This document shows positions 19,365 to 27,681 of a stretch of DNA of 32,000 bases, one piece after another. The notes beneath the pieces were generated by a model, which did no database searches, was not told where the DNA came from, and was given only the letters and a program-made list of their open reading frames with translations. This DNA comes from Candidatus Saccharimonadota bacterium. GTDB lineage: Bacteria > Patescibacteriota > Gracilibacteria > BD1-5 > UBA2023. The stretch spans positions 1,170,001 to 1,202,000 of the forward strand of contig OY970170.1 of the NCBI GenBank assembly GCA_963706795.1, in the 5' to 3' direction. Position 1 is the stretch's first letter. Each line of letters begins with the position of its first letter. A program made the position numbers and the translations under genes.

Positions 19365-20420
19365 TTAAAAATCCCAACTTCCCTTCATGCTTGATGACTG
19401 TGTGTAGTTGATAACCGTAGTTTCAAAGAAATTTCCCTTGTCGCCATTGGTGTCCTGGAGACGATCAAGATGCTTGTACGGATTAGTAATCGCTTCTGGG
19501 TAGAGCGGCGCAACTCCGAGCATTGCGAGACGCTGATTAGCAAGCCATTTTGTGTAGCCTTCGGTCATTTCACCATTGATCCCGATAATGCGATTACCGA
19601 GGATATGATTTGACCATGTAATCTCTTGATCAACGGCTTCTTTCATCATCTCAAATAGGACTGCCTCGTCATAAATATCTGGGAATTCCTTGCGGATTTC
19701 GCGGATAATATTGGCAAAAAGTGTTACATGTGTGAGTTCATCACGGCGAATATACGCAATCATTCGTCCAGTCGCCGGCATTCTCATCGAATCAACGAGC
19801 GTATCAAAGAACGCAAATCCGTTGTAGAAATAAAGCCCTTCAAGTAGATAATTTGCTACGATTGCGCGGAAGAAATTTTTGTCATTTGGAGCATCTTTAA
19901 AATCTTGATAGATTGCACCAATATGTTTGTTTCGCTCGAGCAAAATAGCGTCATCACGCCAAAAATAGTAGATTTCGTCACGTTCTTCGGGAGAAACAAC
20001 CGACTCCAAAATTGTCGCGTACGACTGAGAATGAATCGCCTCCTGATATGCTTGAATCGAGAGAATGAGATTCACTTCAGGAGACGTAATGTAATCTGAC
20101 AAATTTGGCAGATTGACCGTCTGGATCGAATCCAAAAATATCAAAAAAGAGAGAATTCCCTTATATGCTCGCTGCTCATCCTTTGAAAGCACAGCAGTAA
20201 AATCACGCTGATCGTCCTTGAGTCCAGAAACCTTTTCAGGAAGCCAAAAATTTCCAACCATCACCTGGTATAGCGATTTCGCCCATGGATATTTTACTGC
20301 ATTGAGATTAAAAAGTCCGGTCGTTGAACCCTTGATAATCGTGCGATGATCAATATCGTCGTTCCCTAGTGGGTTAAAGAGTGCAGACTTTTGAATAATA
20401 TCGTTGGTTCCTGGGGTCAT
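19365..20420 (-). CDS. nrdB: ribonucleotide reductase class I small (beta) subunit, 351 aa, no TGA
   Basis: Intact ORF. The iron/radical site region is QAYQEAIHSQSYATILE (E..H...Y, radical Tyr present). A second site is ELTHVTLF. Confidence 0.9.
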   Translation of the reverse strand: MTPGTNDIIQKSALFNPLGNDDIDHRTIIKGSTTGLFNLNAVKYPWAKSLYQVMVGNFWLPEKVSGLKDDQRDFTAVLSKDEQRAYKGILSFLIFLDSIQTVNLPNLSDYITSPEVNLILSIQAYQEAIHSQSYATILESVVSPEERDEIYYFWRDDAILLERNKHIGAIYQDFKDAPNDKNFFRAIVANYLLEGLYFYNGFAFFDTLVDSMRMPATGRMIAYIRRDELTHVTLFANIIREIRKEFPDIYDEAVLFEMMKEAVDQEITWSNHILGNRIIGINGEMTEGYTKWLANQRLAMLGVAPLYPEAITNPYKHLDRLQDTNGDKGNFFETTVINYTQSSSMKGSWDF

Positions 20421-20429
20421 ATTGGGTAA

Positions 20430-21056
20430 TTATTTTTTGGCTAAAATCCTGAGAAACTCCTTTCTGTATTTTTCTTCTAGAAGCTGTCCAAATTGGGCGA
20501 TGTAATAGGCGTTGTTATACGTATCGAGCTTGAATTCATTACGTATAACTTCCAGATCATCTGGTTCAATGAAACACGTTGCCATGCGGACGCTATTGAT
20601 TTCTTCGAGATTGAGAGTCTTAAATCCTATGTTCTGTGATTCAGAGAATCCACTCATCTGAAAAAGATCGAGCTTAAGATGATGATAGGGGCGTTCTGTT
20701 TTTATGCTTTTCGCTGAATGGCGTAAATAGATCTCATCACCTGGAACAGTAAACTTTTCGTAAAGCGCGAGTGGAATTACGCGCCTAGCCATAGAATTAC
20801 CAAGTTTTCGTTCTGGGTGATCACTTGGGATTCGATATTCAATCGTGAGTGGCTTTTTCAGGAGAATTGCCTCAATGATAAGCTCAGAATACTGCTCAGA
20901 AAGTTTTACATCTCAGTGAAAATTCAGTGTATGGATAACATTTCCAACCTGTTCCTTGATTGAAGCCATGTAGAGATCAACTCCATTTTTAGTTACCACA
21001 ACACCTGCTGGTGCATCTGGAAGAGTAGAAATTTTTTCGGAAGAATTGCGTGACAT
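20430..21056 (-). CDS. hypothetical protein encoded between nrdA and nrdB, 208 aa, 1 in-frame TGA
   Basis: ORF-track 20913..21113 and 20430..20792 are in the same frame. All codons from 20763 to 20915 were checked, and TGA at 20913-20915 is the only interruption. The start is taken at ATG 21056 (MSRNSSEK...). I recognise no family. Confidence 0.6.
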
Positions 21057-21113
21057 AAATAGATTTTTAAGACACATGCAATGTAGGGACAGTGACTCCG
21101 ATGTCAATGTCAA

Positions 21114-23732
21114 CTATCCACTACAACTCACACATGCTTCTTTCGCCTCGAGTGAGAGCGAACGTACGTAGTAGACGGTCTTGATTCCTTGACTCCATGA
21201 CTTCATGTAGTAGTCAGAGAGATCCTTCGGAGTAACGCGAGCTGGGTCGATCATCCATTCGAAACTGATAGACTGGTCGATCCATTTGTAGATCACACTG
21301 ATCATGTCGATGACGTCGTTCATATCCATATTTGTGTACTCCTTGTAGAGCCAGAAATTCTTGGCATTGAGCTTTGGAGCGATACGGATCGTAGGAGATG
21401 CGAGGTTGGTTTCTACGAAGTACTTCTTGTAGATCGGAAGAAGTGCAGCAGTCGTACCAACGATACCAGCGGTTGAAGTATTGGGTGCTGGCCCCATGTG
21501 GTAACCAAATCGTACACCGTAGTTCTTCATCGCATCGAAGAGCCCCTTCCAGTCGAGATGCGCGTGTTGCTTCTTTGCTTCGAATTCTCCTGCTGTTCGA
21601 CCGAGGAGGATTCCCTTGTCGTATTCTGAACCCTTGTAGAGCTGGAATGTTCCGCGCTCCTTCGCGAGGTCGATAGAAGCCTGGTATGTGTAGTAGGTAT
21701 AGAGTTCGAAGAGTTCATCCACGTGCTTGCGAGCCTCTGGAGTATCGTAGGCATACCCGTTTGTTGCGAGATATTCTGCGAGTCCGAGGTAACCAAGAGC
21801 GACTGAACGGTAGCGCTGAGCTGTACGCTCTGCTGCCTTCACTGGGAATCGATTGAGGATGATGATGTTGTCGAGAAGGCGCATAACTACTGGGTAAACG
21901 CGCTTGATCTCGTCTTCCGTATTTACCTTTGCAACGTTGATCGATGAGAGGTTACATGTCACGACATCACCTGGCTCGTAGCGGATCACGATCTTTCCGT
22001 CTTCGATGGTTTCTTCGATGAACTTACAAGACGATGTATTCTGACAGATTTCAGTACAGAGCTGTGTCGAGTAGACATTTCCTGCGTGCTTATTTGGATT
22101 GAGGCGGTTCACAGTGTCTCGGAAGAATACGTATGGCATACCGGTTTCAACGGTTGTCTTGAGGAATGTCTTGTAGAGATCCTTTGCTTTGATCGTCTTC
22201 TTCATGATAAGAGTGTCATCCTGCTCAAGTTGAGTGTAGAATGTTTCGAATTCTTCACAGAAGAGATCCTGAAGTCGCTTACCGTACTTAGTTTCGATCT
22301 CGTATGGATCGAAAAGATTCCAATCTGCATCCTCCTGAACGCGCTTCATGAAAATATCCGGCATCGTCACTGCTGGGAAAATATCGAACGCTTTTGATCG
22401 AACGTCACCCGTCTCCGTCTGGAGTTCGAGGAAGTCATAAATATCACGGTGCCAGATATCGAGCGTCACAGAAACCGCACCAAGTCGCTGACCGAGCTGG
22501 TTTACTGCAACGGCCGTATCGTTGATAACCTTGATCCAAGGATTTACACCTCCGGCAGCACCCTTGATCCCACGGATCGAAGCGCCCTGAGCACGGATGT
22601 TTCCGAGGTAAACTCCGAGTCCACCTCCGAACTTTGAGATCTGAGCGATGTCCTCAACTGCATGGTAGATCGCGCGAAGATCGTCTTCGACATTGATCTT
22701 GAAACAGCTTGAGAGCTGGTGCCAGTTGGTTCGTGGATTATTGAGTGCAGGAGTTGCAAGAGAGATTTTCTGCTCTGAACAGTACTCGTACACCTTTTGT
22801 GCGAATGCGAGACGATTCTCCGGAGCTTCTGGGATCGCGTAGAAGAGTGCGACTGAGAGGTAGAGTTCCTGAGGAAGTTCGTGGACTACCTTGTTTGGAT
22901 TGAGGAGGTAGCGCTTTGCGAGTGAGAGGATAGTAGTGTATCCGTACTCCATATCCGTTGATCGCTTAAGCCACTTCCCTGCCTCGAGGAGGTCTGCTTC
23001 AGTGTAGTAATCAAAGAACTTCGTGTAATAGAGCCCTCGATTTACATAGTCCTTGAAGAATGCGAGATATGCCTCTGGAGTATAGAGCTGATCCATTGTC
23101 ATATTGCGGTTCTTGCAGGCCTGTTTGTACAGGTTCATGAGCGCAAATCGTCCAGCGATGTGCTCCCACGCAATGTTTTCTACTGAGACGAGGTCGATAC
23201 ACGTTTTCGTAAGGAGACGGTTGATATCCGAAGTCTTGATGTCTTCTACGATATTCTTTTTGAAGGCCTCCATGAGGTCCTCGAACGTACACTTATCCTC
23301 GTAGCCCTGTGATGCGAGCTTGAATGCTGCTTTGATTTTGTCGGCATCAAAATATTCTTTTGAACCATCGCTCTTGGTAACCTTGAGCTTGTTTTTTTCG
23401 AATTGTTCGACGAGCTTTTCTTGCTTTTCTTCGCGCTCTTCGCTACGAGCAGCACGGTAGATGATATATTTTTTTGCGACCTCAAATTTATTAAATTTCA
23501 TGAGGTTTCGCTCCACAATATCTTGGATATCTTCAACCGATGGAATACGGTTAATAAAGATTTCACCATAGACATGATCGAGGTCTTTGACGATGAAGTC
23601 AGTAACTACGACTACAAAACTACGATCGGGCTCCCCTACTGCTTCGGCAGCTAGGATGATAGCATTTTCGATGCGAGTTCGGTCGAAATCTACCAATTCT
23701 CCATCTCTTCGGCGAAGTTGCAATACTGGCAT
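21114..23732 (-). CDS. nrdA: ribonucleotide reductase class I large (alpha) subunit with N-terminal ATP-cone, 872 aa, no TGA
   Basis: Intact ORF. The ATP-cone start is VLQLRRRDGELVDFDRTRIENAI. Catalytic core motifs are NLSSCF/CNLSSIN and PNTST. The C-terminal redox pair is CVSCSG. Confidence 0.93.
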   Translation of the reverse strand: MPVLQLRRRDGELVDFDRTRIENAIILAAEAVGEPDRSFVVVVTDFIVKDLDHVYGEIFINRIPSVEDIQDIVERNLMKFNKFEVAKKYIIYRAARSEEREEKQEKLVEQFEKNKLKVTKSDGSKEYFDADKIKAAFKLASQGYEDKCTFEDLMEAFKKNIVEDIKTSDINRLLTKTCIDLVSVENIAWEHIAGRFALMNLYKQACKNRNMTMDQLYTPEAYLAFFKDYVNRGLYYTKFFDYYTEADLLEAGKWLKRSTDMEYGYTTILSLAKRYLLNPNKVVHELPQELYLSVALFYAIPEAPENRLAFAQKVYEYCSEQKISLATPALNNPRTNWHQLSSCFKINVEDDLRAIYHAVEDIAQISKFGGGLGVYLGNIRAQGASIRGIKGAAGGVNPWIKVINDTAVAVNQLGQRLGAVSVTLDIWHRDIYDFLELQTETGDVRSKAFDIFPAVTMPDIFMKRVQEDADWNLFDPYEIETKYGKRLQDLFCEEFETFYTQLEQDDTLIMKKTIKAKDLYKTFLKTTVETGMPYVFFRDTVNRLNPNKHAGNVYSTQLCTEICQNTSSCKFIEETIEDGKIVIRYEPGDVVTCNLSSINVAKVNTEDEIKRVYPVVMRLLDNIIILNRFPVKAAERTAQRYRSVALGYLGLAEYLATNGYAYDTPEARKHVDELFELYTYYTYQASIDLAKERGTFQLYKGSEYDKGILLGRTAGEFEAKKQHAHLDWKGLFDAMKNYGVRFGYHMGPAPNTSTAGIVGTTAALLPIYKKYFVETNLASPTIRIAPKLNAKNFWLYKEYTNMDMNDVIDMISVIYKWIDQSISFEWMIDPARVTPKDLSDYYMKSWSQGIKTVYYVRSLSLEAKEACVSCSG

Positions 23733-23814
23733 TTCTGTCTGAAATTAGAACGTAAATGGTTCAAAAATGGCTTTGGAAAGCGGTTATCGTGGGAGTGTGC
23801 ATTTATTCCCGTAA

Positions 23815-23863
23815 ACACTACATTTTGTGTTGAGACATATTCGCGAAACACTAGATATTGTCA
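23815..23863. promoter_or_regulatory. two NrdR-box-like 16-bp palindromes upstream of nrdA
   Basis: Box 1 is ACACTACATTTTGTGT (23815-23830). Box 2 is ACACTAGATATTGTCA (23848-23863). Their centres are 33 bp apart. Box 2 overlaps a minus-strand TTGACA (23859-23864). Confidence 0.55.
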
Positions 23864-23955
23864 AACAAAATTATAAAAAATTTGATCAATTTTTCGGTTT
23901 TTGATCTACGGAGAGCATCACAAAGAGCTTTCAATTTTGAATAATTGAAATAGAC

Positions 23956-24303
23956 ATGCTTCTTCATATACTTCCAGTAAATTTATCCATACCTATGAAA
24001 GTCGCCATTTTTGGACTGGGAGCAATGATTATCGCCTGTCTTTTTGGAATATCTTTTAGTGCGGTACACGCCGCAGAAGAAATCGATTCCGTTCAGGTTC
24101 CAAAATCTACCTACACAGAACAAATCCAAAAAGCGAGCAATATTTATCACGAAAAAAAGACCGCATTCCAGTTATGGTATACGGCCAACAATAAACGCGT
24201 GACTCTGATTCCTGATCTTATGAATGTCCGTATTCTGGACTTTCTTTTGCTCTGTTTGACTATTGCAACCCTCGCATGGGTCTGCATTCGATGGCTTATA
24301 TAG
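23956..24303 (+). CDS. small membrane protein, 115 aa (or 102 aa from ATG 23995)
   Basis: An N-terminal hydrophobic segment (KVAIFGLGAMIIACLFGISFSAVHA) and a C-terminal TM (ILDFLLLCLTIATLAWVCI). Stop is TAG. Confidence 0.55.
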   Translation: MLLHILPVNLSIPMKVAIFGLGAMIIACLFGISFSAVHAAEEIDSVQVPKSTYTEQIQKASNIYHEKKTAFQLWYTANNKRVTLIPDLMNVRILDFLLLCLTIATLAWVCIRWLI

Positions 24304-24304
24304 T

Positions 24305-24808
24305 CTATTGAAGTGTCGGACTTGATACTTCCTCGGCATCAAAAAGATCAAGCTGACCTAGCACTCCCATTGCTCTATTACGGAAAATGGTTGGTAGCAT
24401 ATATTCACCATTCCCAATAAGAAGGCGGAGCGAGTATAGCGCAATAATGAGCATATTTGAGAATATCTGTCTATTTGATTCAGTATTGAGATATTCAGGA
24501 GTACTGATACAGCGAATTACTTCTTCGAGTGAGGTGATGAGCGCCTGATATTCGGAAACATCTATGGGTTCTGCAAAATTCTGTGGCTCGCCAGCAAAAT
24601 CAGTATAGGTCTCAAGGAGAAGCGCTAGATTTTTGCGATCCTGGCCATCTAGTGACGCCATATGAGTTCCTGCTGAAGCAAATTGAATAGATTCGAGTAT
24701 GCTCATGGCCATAGCGGTCTTTGCAGCGGTTTCATCTTCCTTGAGGAGATCGCACAAAAATCCGCCCTCTGGCTGAGTACTAAATCCTTGGGAAAGACTT
24801 GTTTGCAT
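24305..24808 (-). CDS. hypothetical protein, 167 aa
   Basis: Intact ORF ending in TAG. Its ATG follows directly after the T-run of the rluD terminator. I recognise no motifs. Confidence 0.55.
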   Translation of the reverse strand: MQTSLSQGFSTQPEGGFLCDLLKEDETAAKTAMAMSILESIQFASAGTHMASLDGQDRKNLALLLETYTDFAGEPQNFAEPIDVSEYQALITSLEEVIRCISTPEYLNTESNRQIFSNMLIIALYSLRLLIGNGEYMLPTIFRNRAMGVLGQLDLFDAEEVSSPTLQ

Positions 24809-24850
24809 AAAAAAATGATGAGATAGCGTCAGCCTACCTCATCATTTTTT
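24809..24850 (-). terminator. hairpin with flanking A/T runs downstream of rluD
   Basis: AAAAAATGATGAG-N15-CTCATCATTTTTT. The 8-bp stem spans 24815-24822 and 24838-24845. Confidence 0.6.
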
Positions 24851-24868
24851 AAAATTCAAATACATGAC

Positions 24869-25837
24869 CTATTTTGTGTCTTTTAAAAATTCAAAAGGCA
24901 ACGCAAGTAAATCCTGTTTAATCGGAGCCTTAAATTTATAATCGATGCCAAAGAGACAAAATTCGAGTCGGTAGGCATGGAGCCACTGTCTTTTGAGTGC
25001 ATATTTATCCATGATTTCCTTGTTGATTTTTTCGCGACCATAGACGTTATCGCCAATGATCGGAAAGCCAATGGAGGCCAAATGTACACGAATTTGATGG
25101 GTTCGACCCGTGAGAAGTTCGACCTCAATGAGCGAGAGTCCATTCATTCTTTCGAGTACGCGAAATTTAGTCTTTGCGAGCTTTGGATTAATTGGATTAT
25201 CAACGGTCATTTTTTTGCGATCTTGGGGATCACGACCAATGTAGGACTCAATATATCCAAGGTCATCCCGCGGGCCACCAATGACGACCGCAAGATAAAA
25301 CTTATCAATCGTACGCTTCTCGATTTTGCGTTGGAGAGCGCGCATTGCGACATCATTTTTCGCAATCATAATGAGGCCACTCGTATCCTTGTCGAGACGA
25401 TGCACTAATCCAGGTCGCTCAGTTCCATTGATGACCGAGAGCTCACCAAAATGATGAAGCAAACCATTCACTAAGGTTCCCGTTTTGCCAGCCTCTCCAC
25501 CAGGAGGATGCACATTGACACCAGCATCCTTGTTTATGATCGCAAATTGCTCGTTTTCAAAGACAATATCAAGATCCATCTCTTCTGCTTCAAACCTCAT
25601 TTTATCTATTCGCCACTCGACTTTAATGACATTACCACGATAGATTTTTGAATTTTTTTTGAGTTGTGCCCCATTGACCCATACATCTCAGCGATCAATA
25701 AGACGCTGTATATATGATCGTGAAAAATCGGAAAAAAGGACCGACAGAAATGTGTCGATCCTTTTACTCTCTCGGTCTTTTACCCAGACTGAGAATTCTA
25801 CTATCGATTTAATCGTTGAGTTCACGAGTGTATGCAA
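24869..25837 (-). CDS. rluD: 23S rRNA pseudouridine synthase, RluD-like (S4 domain + RluA-family catalytic domain), ~322 aa, 1 in-frame TGA
   Basis: ORF-track 24869..25600 carries HRLDKDTSGL and the catalytic core. In frame upstream, across TGA 25688-25690, lies an S4-like segment RIDTFLSVLFSDFSRSYIQRLIDR-G-DVWVNGAQ. There is no in-frame ATG. The best start is TTG 25837 (AAGGAAGGTGA 5 nt upstream) or GTG 25825. Either overlaps the ndk 3' end. Confidence 0.8.
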
Positions 25838-26246
25838 AGATTTCACCTTCCTTAAAGAATCGTGCAAGCTCCGCAGCTGCTGATTCTTCGCTGTCTGAAG
25901 AGTGGATAATATTGTTGTCGATATTCTTTGCGAAGTCACCACGGATAGTACCTGGAAGTGCATCAGCTGGATTCGTTGCTCCAGCAAGAGTGCGAACTAC
26001 ACGGATTGCTTCATGTCCTTCAACGGCGATCGCAACGATCGGACCAGAAGTCATAAACGCAAGAACGAACTTGTAGAATCCCTTTGTAACGTGCTCAGCA
26101 TAGTGACTATCACAAAGTGCCTGATCCATCTGAAGCATCTTGAGACCAACGATCTTGAGACCCTTCTGTTCGAGACGAGCTGTAATAGTACCGATAATAG
26201 ACTTCTGAACGGCATCTGGCTTGAGGAGAATGAGCGTACGCTGCAT
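25809..26246 (-). CDS. ndk: nucleoside diphosphate kinase, 145 aa
   Basis: MQRTLILLKPDAV...GATNP...GTIRGDF...NIIHSSDS (active-site His). Confidence 0.93.
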   Translation of the reverse strand: MQRTLILLKPDAVQKSIIGTITARLEQKGLKIVGLKMLQMDQALCDSHYAEHVTKGFYKFVLAFMTSGPIVAIAVEGHEAIRVVRTLAGATNPADALPGTIRGDFAKNIDNNIIHSSDSEESAAAELARFFKEGEIFAYTRELND

Positions 26247-26475
26247 AATACAAATGTGTTATAAATTTGGGCCATCATAAAAAACTTGTCTAAAAAGGCA
26301 AGTTAACTTGCTATATTGACGACTTTAATCAATCGCATATTGCATCTTTCATTGATTTATATGACTCCTTGTAATTTTTATGAAATAAATAATATACAGG
26401 AACTCATAGCAATGAGTTGTCAAAAATATGACACCCATACAAATACCTATCCAAATACGACAAAAGGAGCTAAAA

Positions 26476-26856
26476 ATGAAAGTGCAATCATTGAAAACGA
26501 TCTACAAAGCTACCCCTGGAGATGATGCATACATTCCAAAGACATCAGACAATCAACACTTCTATGTTGATTTCAGCATCCTTCCGCCGGGCGACTACAT
26601 ACTCACAAGTGAATCAGAAGATGGTAATGTGGTGACATTTTCTCAGAATGATGCGCCTACAGTTCCGGTTTGGAGCACAATGGGGTGTCAGCTCGCCTAT
26701 CTGCTTCAAGAAGGTTTGCTCACAATCACCCAAGGCGGCATCGAGGATTTCGAGGAAAATCCGGAAGTAATTGCATACTTCCACGAAGAAGCAGAAGCTA
26801 GCGAAGCCCCTACTCTCGAGGGGATGCGTCTAAAATTCCAGTTTGGGGCGCAATAA
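26476..26856 (+). CDS. hypothetical protein, 126 aa
   Basis: AAGGAG lies 6 nt upstream of ATG 26476 (the ORF-track entry starts earlier, at 26428). Stop is TAA, followed by a terminator at 26877. Confidence 0.6.
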   Translation: MKVQSLKTIYKATPGDDAYIPKTSDNQHFYVDFSILPPGDYILTSESEDGNVVTFSQNDAPTVPVWSTMGCQLAYLLQEGLLTITQGGIEDFEENPEVIAYFHEEAEASEAPTLEGMRLKFQFGAQ

Positions 26857-26876
26857 CGCTACCACAACAATATTTG

Positions 26877-26902
26877 AGAAGTCTACGGACTTCTCTTTTT
26901 TA
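26877..26902 (+). terminator. rho-independent terminator
   Basis: GAGAAGTC-tacg-GACTTCTC followed by TTTTTT. Confidence 0.8.
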
Positions 26903-26917
26903 TGTAAAAATCACATA

Positions 26918-26945
26918 AAAAGCGAGATGATCATCTCGCTTTTTA
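26918..26945 (-). terminator. symmetric terminator downstream of lexA
   Basis: AAAAAGCGAGATGATCATCTCGCTTTTT is a perfect palindrome with A/T runs on both sides. Confidence 0.75.
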
Positions 26946-26970
26946 TTATGAAGACTCACCTTGAAAGTGA

Positions 26971-27615
26971 TTAATCAAAATTAAATACATCCACTACCTT
27001 TCCATTAATCTCAATCGAATCCGAATCTGAAAGCACAATCGGTGAGTGCTGTGAATCCTTTGAGTCTGGAAGGAGATAAATACTCTCCCCTTCTTGTTTT
27101 ACTTTTTTGACTGTCGCTGCGCCATTAACGATACAGAGATACGCCCCGAATGGATTATCAACCGCTTTTACACTCGAGTCTACGAGTACATAGGCTCCAT
27201 CCTCAAGCATTTTTCCGCGGATACTAAATGCGTTCATTGATGTACCTTGGAGCTTCACGCAGAAATACTTTTTTTCGTCACCATTGAGTGCACTCTTTGA
27301 GATCAGCAGCTTACCTGCGTCAGCTTCTTCTGCATAGAGAAGTGGTCGACCAGCATTAGCAACCCCAAGAATAGGAATTGGAATTGCAATCTGTGAAGCG
27401 ACAATACGATCTCCGAGGCGGATCGAACGATAGCCTCTTCCACGAGAGATATAGCCCTTGCGTTCGAGGTAGTCCAAAAATTGTACAACCGAGTGCTTGC
27501 TGCGTGCACCGAGAACTTCTTGAATTTCTTCGAGCGTTGGGGATTCACCGTGATTTTCGATGTAGCCCTTCACAATATCAAAGACCTTTTGTTGTTTAGG
27601 AGTGAGCATAGACAT
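26971..27615 (-). CDS. lexA: LexA repressor, 214 aa, no TGA
   Basis: N-terminal wHTH (LTPKQQKVFDIVKGYIENHGESPTLEEIQEVLGARSKHSVVQFLDYLERKGYI). Cleavage-site-like VANAG|RPLL. S24 catalytic Ser in QGTSM and Lys in ATVKKV. Confidence 0.9.
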   Translation of the reverse strand: MSMLTPKQQKVFDIVKGYIENHGESPTLEEIQEVLGARSKHSVVQFLDYLERKGYISRGRGYRSIRLGDRIVASQIAIPIPILGVANAGRPLLYAEEADAGKLLISKSALNGDEKKYFCVKLQGTSMNAFSIRGKMLEDGAYVLVDSSVKAVDNPFGAYLCIVNGAATVKKVKQEGESIYLLPDSKDSQHSPIVLSDSDSIEINGKVVDVFNFD

Positions 27616-27620
27616 AGGTT

Positions 27621-27651
27621 ATATGTACTGAGTATATATACCTGTACATAT
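27621..27651. promoter_or_regulatory. candidate LexA auto-operator: 31-bp near-palindrome directly upstream of lexA
   Basis: ATATGTAC-TGA-GTATATATAC-CT-GTACATAT. The outer arms are identical to those of the umuD palindrome, and the centre GTATATATAC is itself palindromic. It overlaps a possible minus-strand promoter, TTGCAC-N16-TATACT. Confidence 0.5.
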
Positions 27652-27681
27652 AGTGCAAATTTTTATGCACACTTCGCTCTG

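Noticed and set aside
26247-26475. Hairpins AACTTG-N10-CAAGTT and AACTCAT-agca-ATGAGTT in the ndk / hypothetical-gene divergent spacer, as a possible ncRNA.
   Set aside because: The stems are short, there is no T-run, and no recognisable riboswitch or sRNA signature. I could not distinguish them from chance structure in AT-rich promoter DNA.
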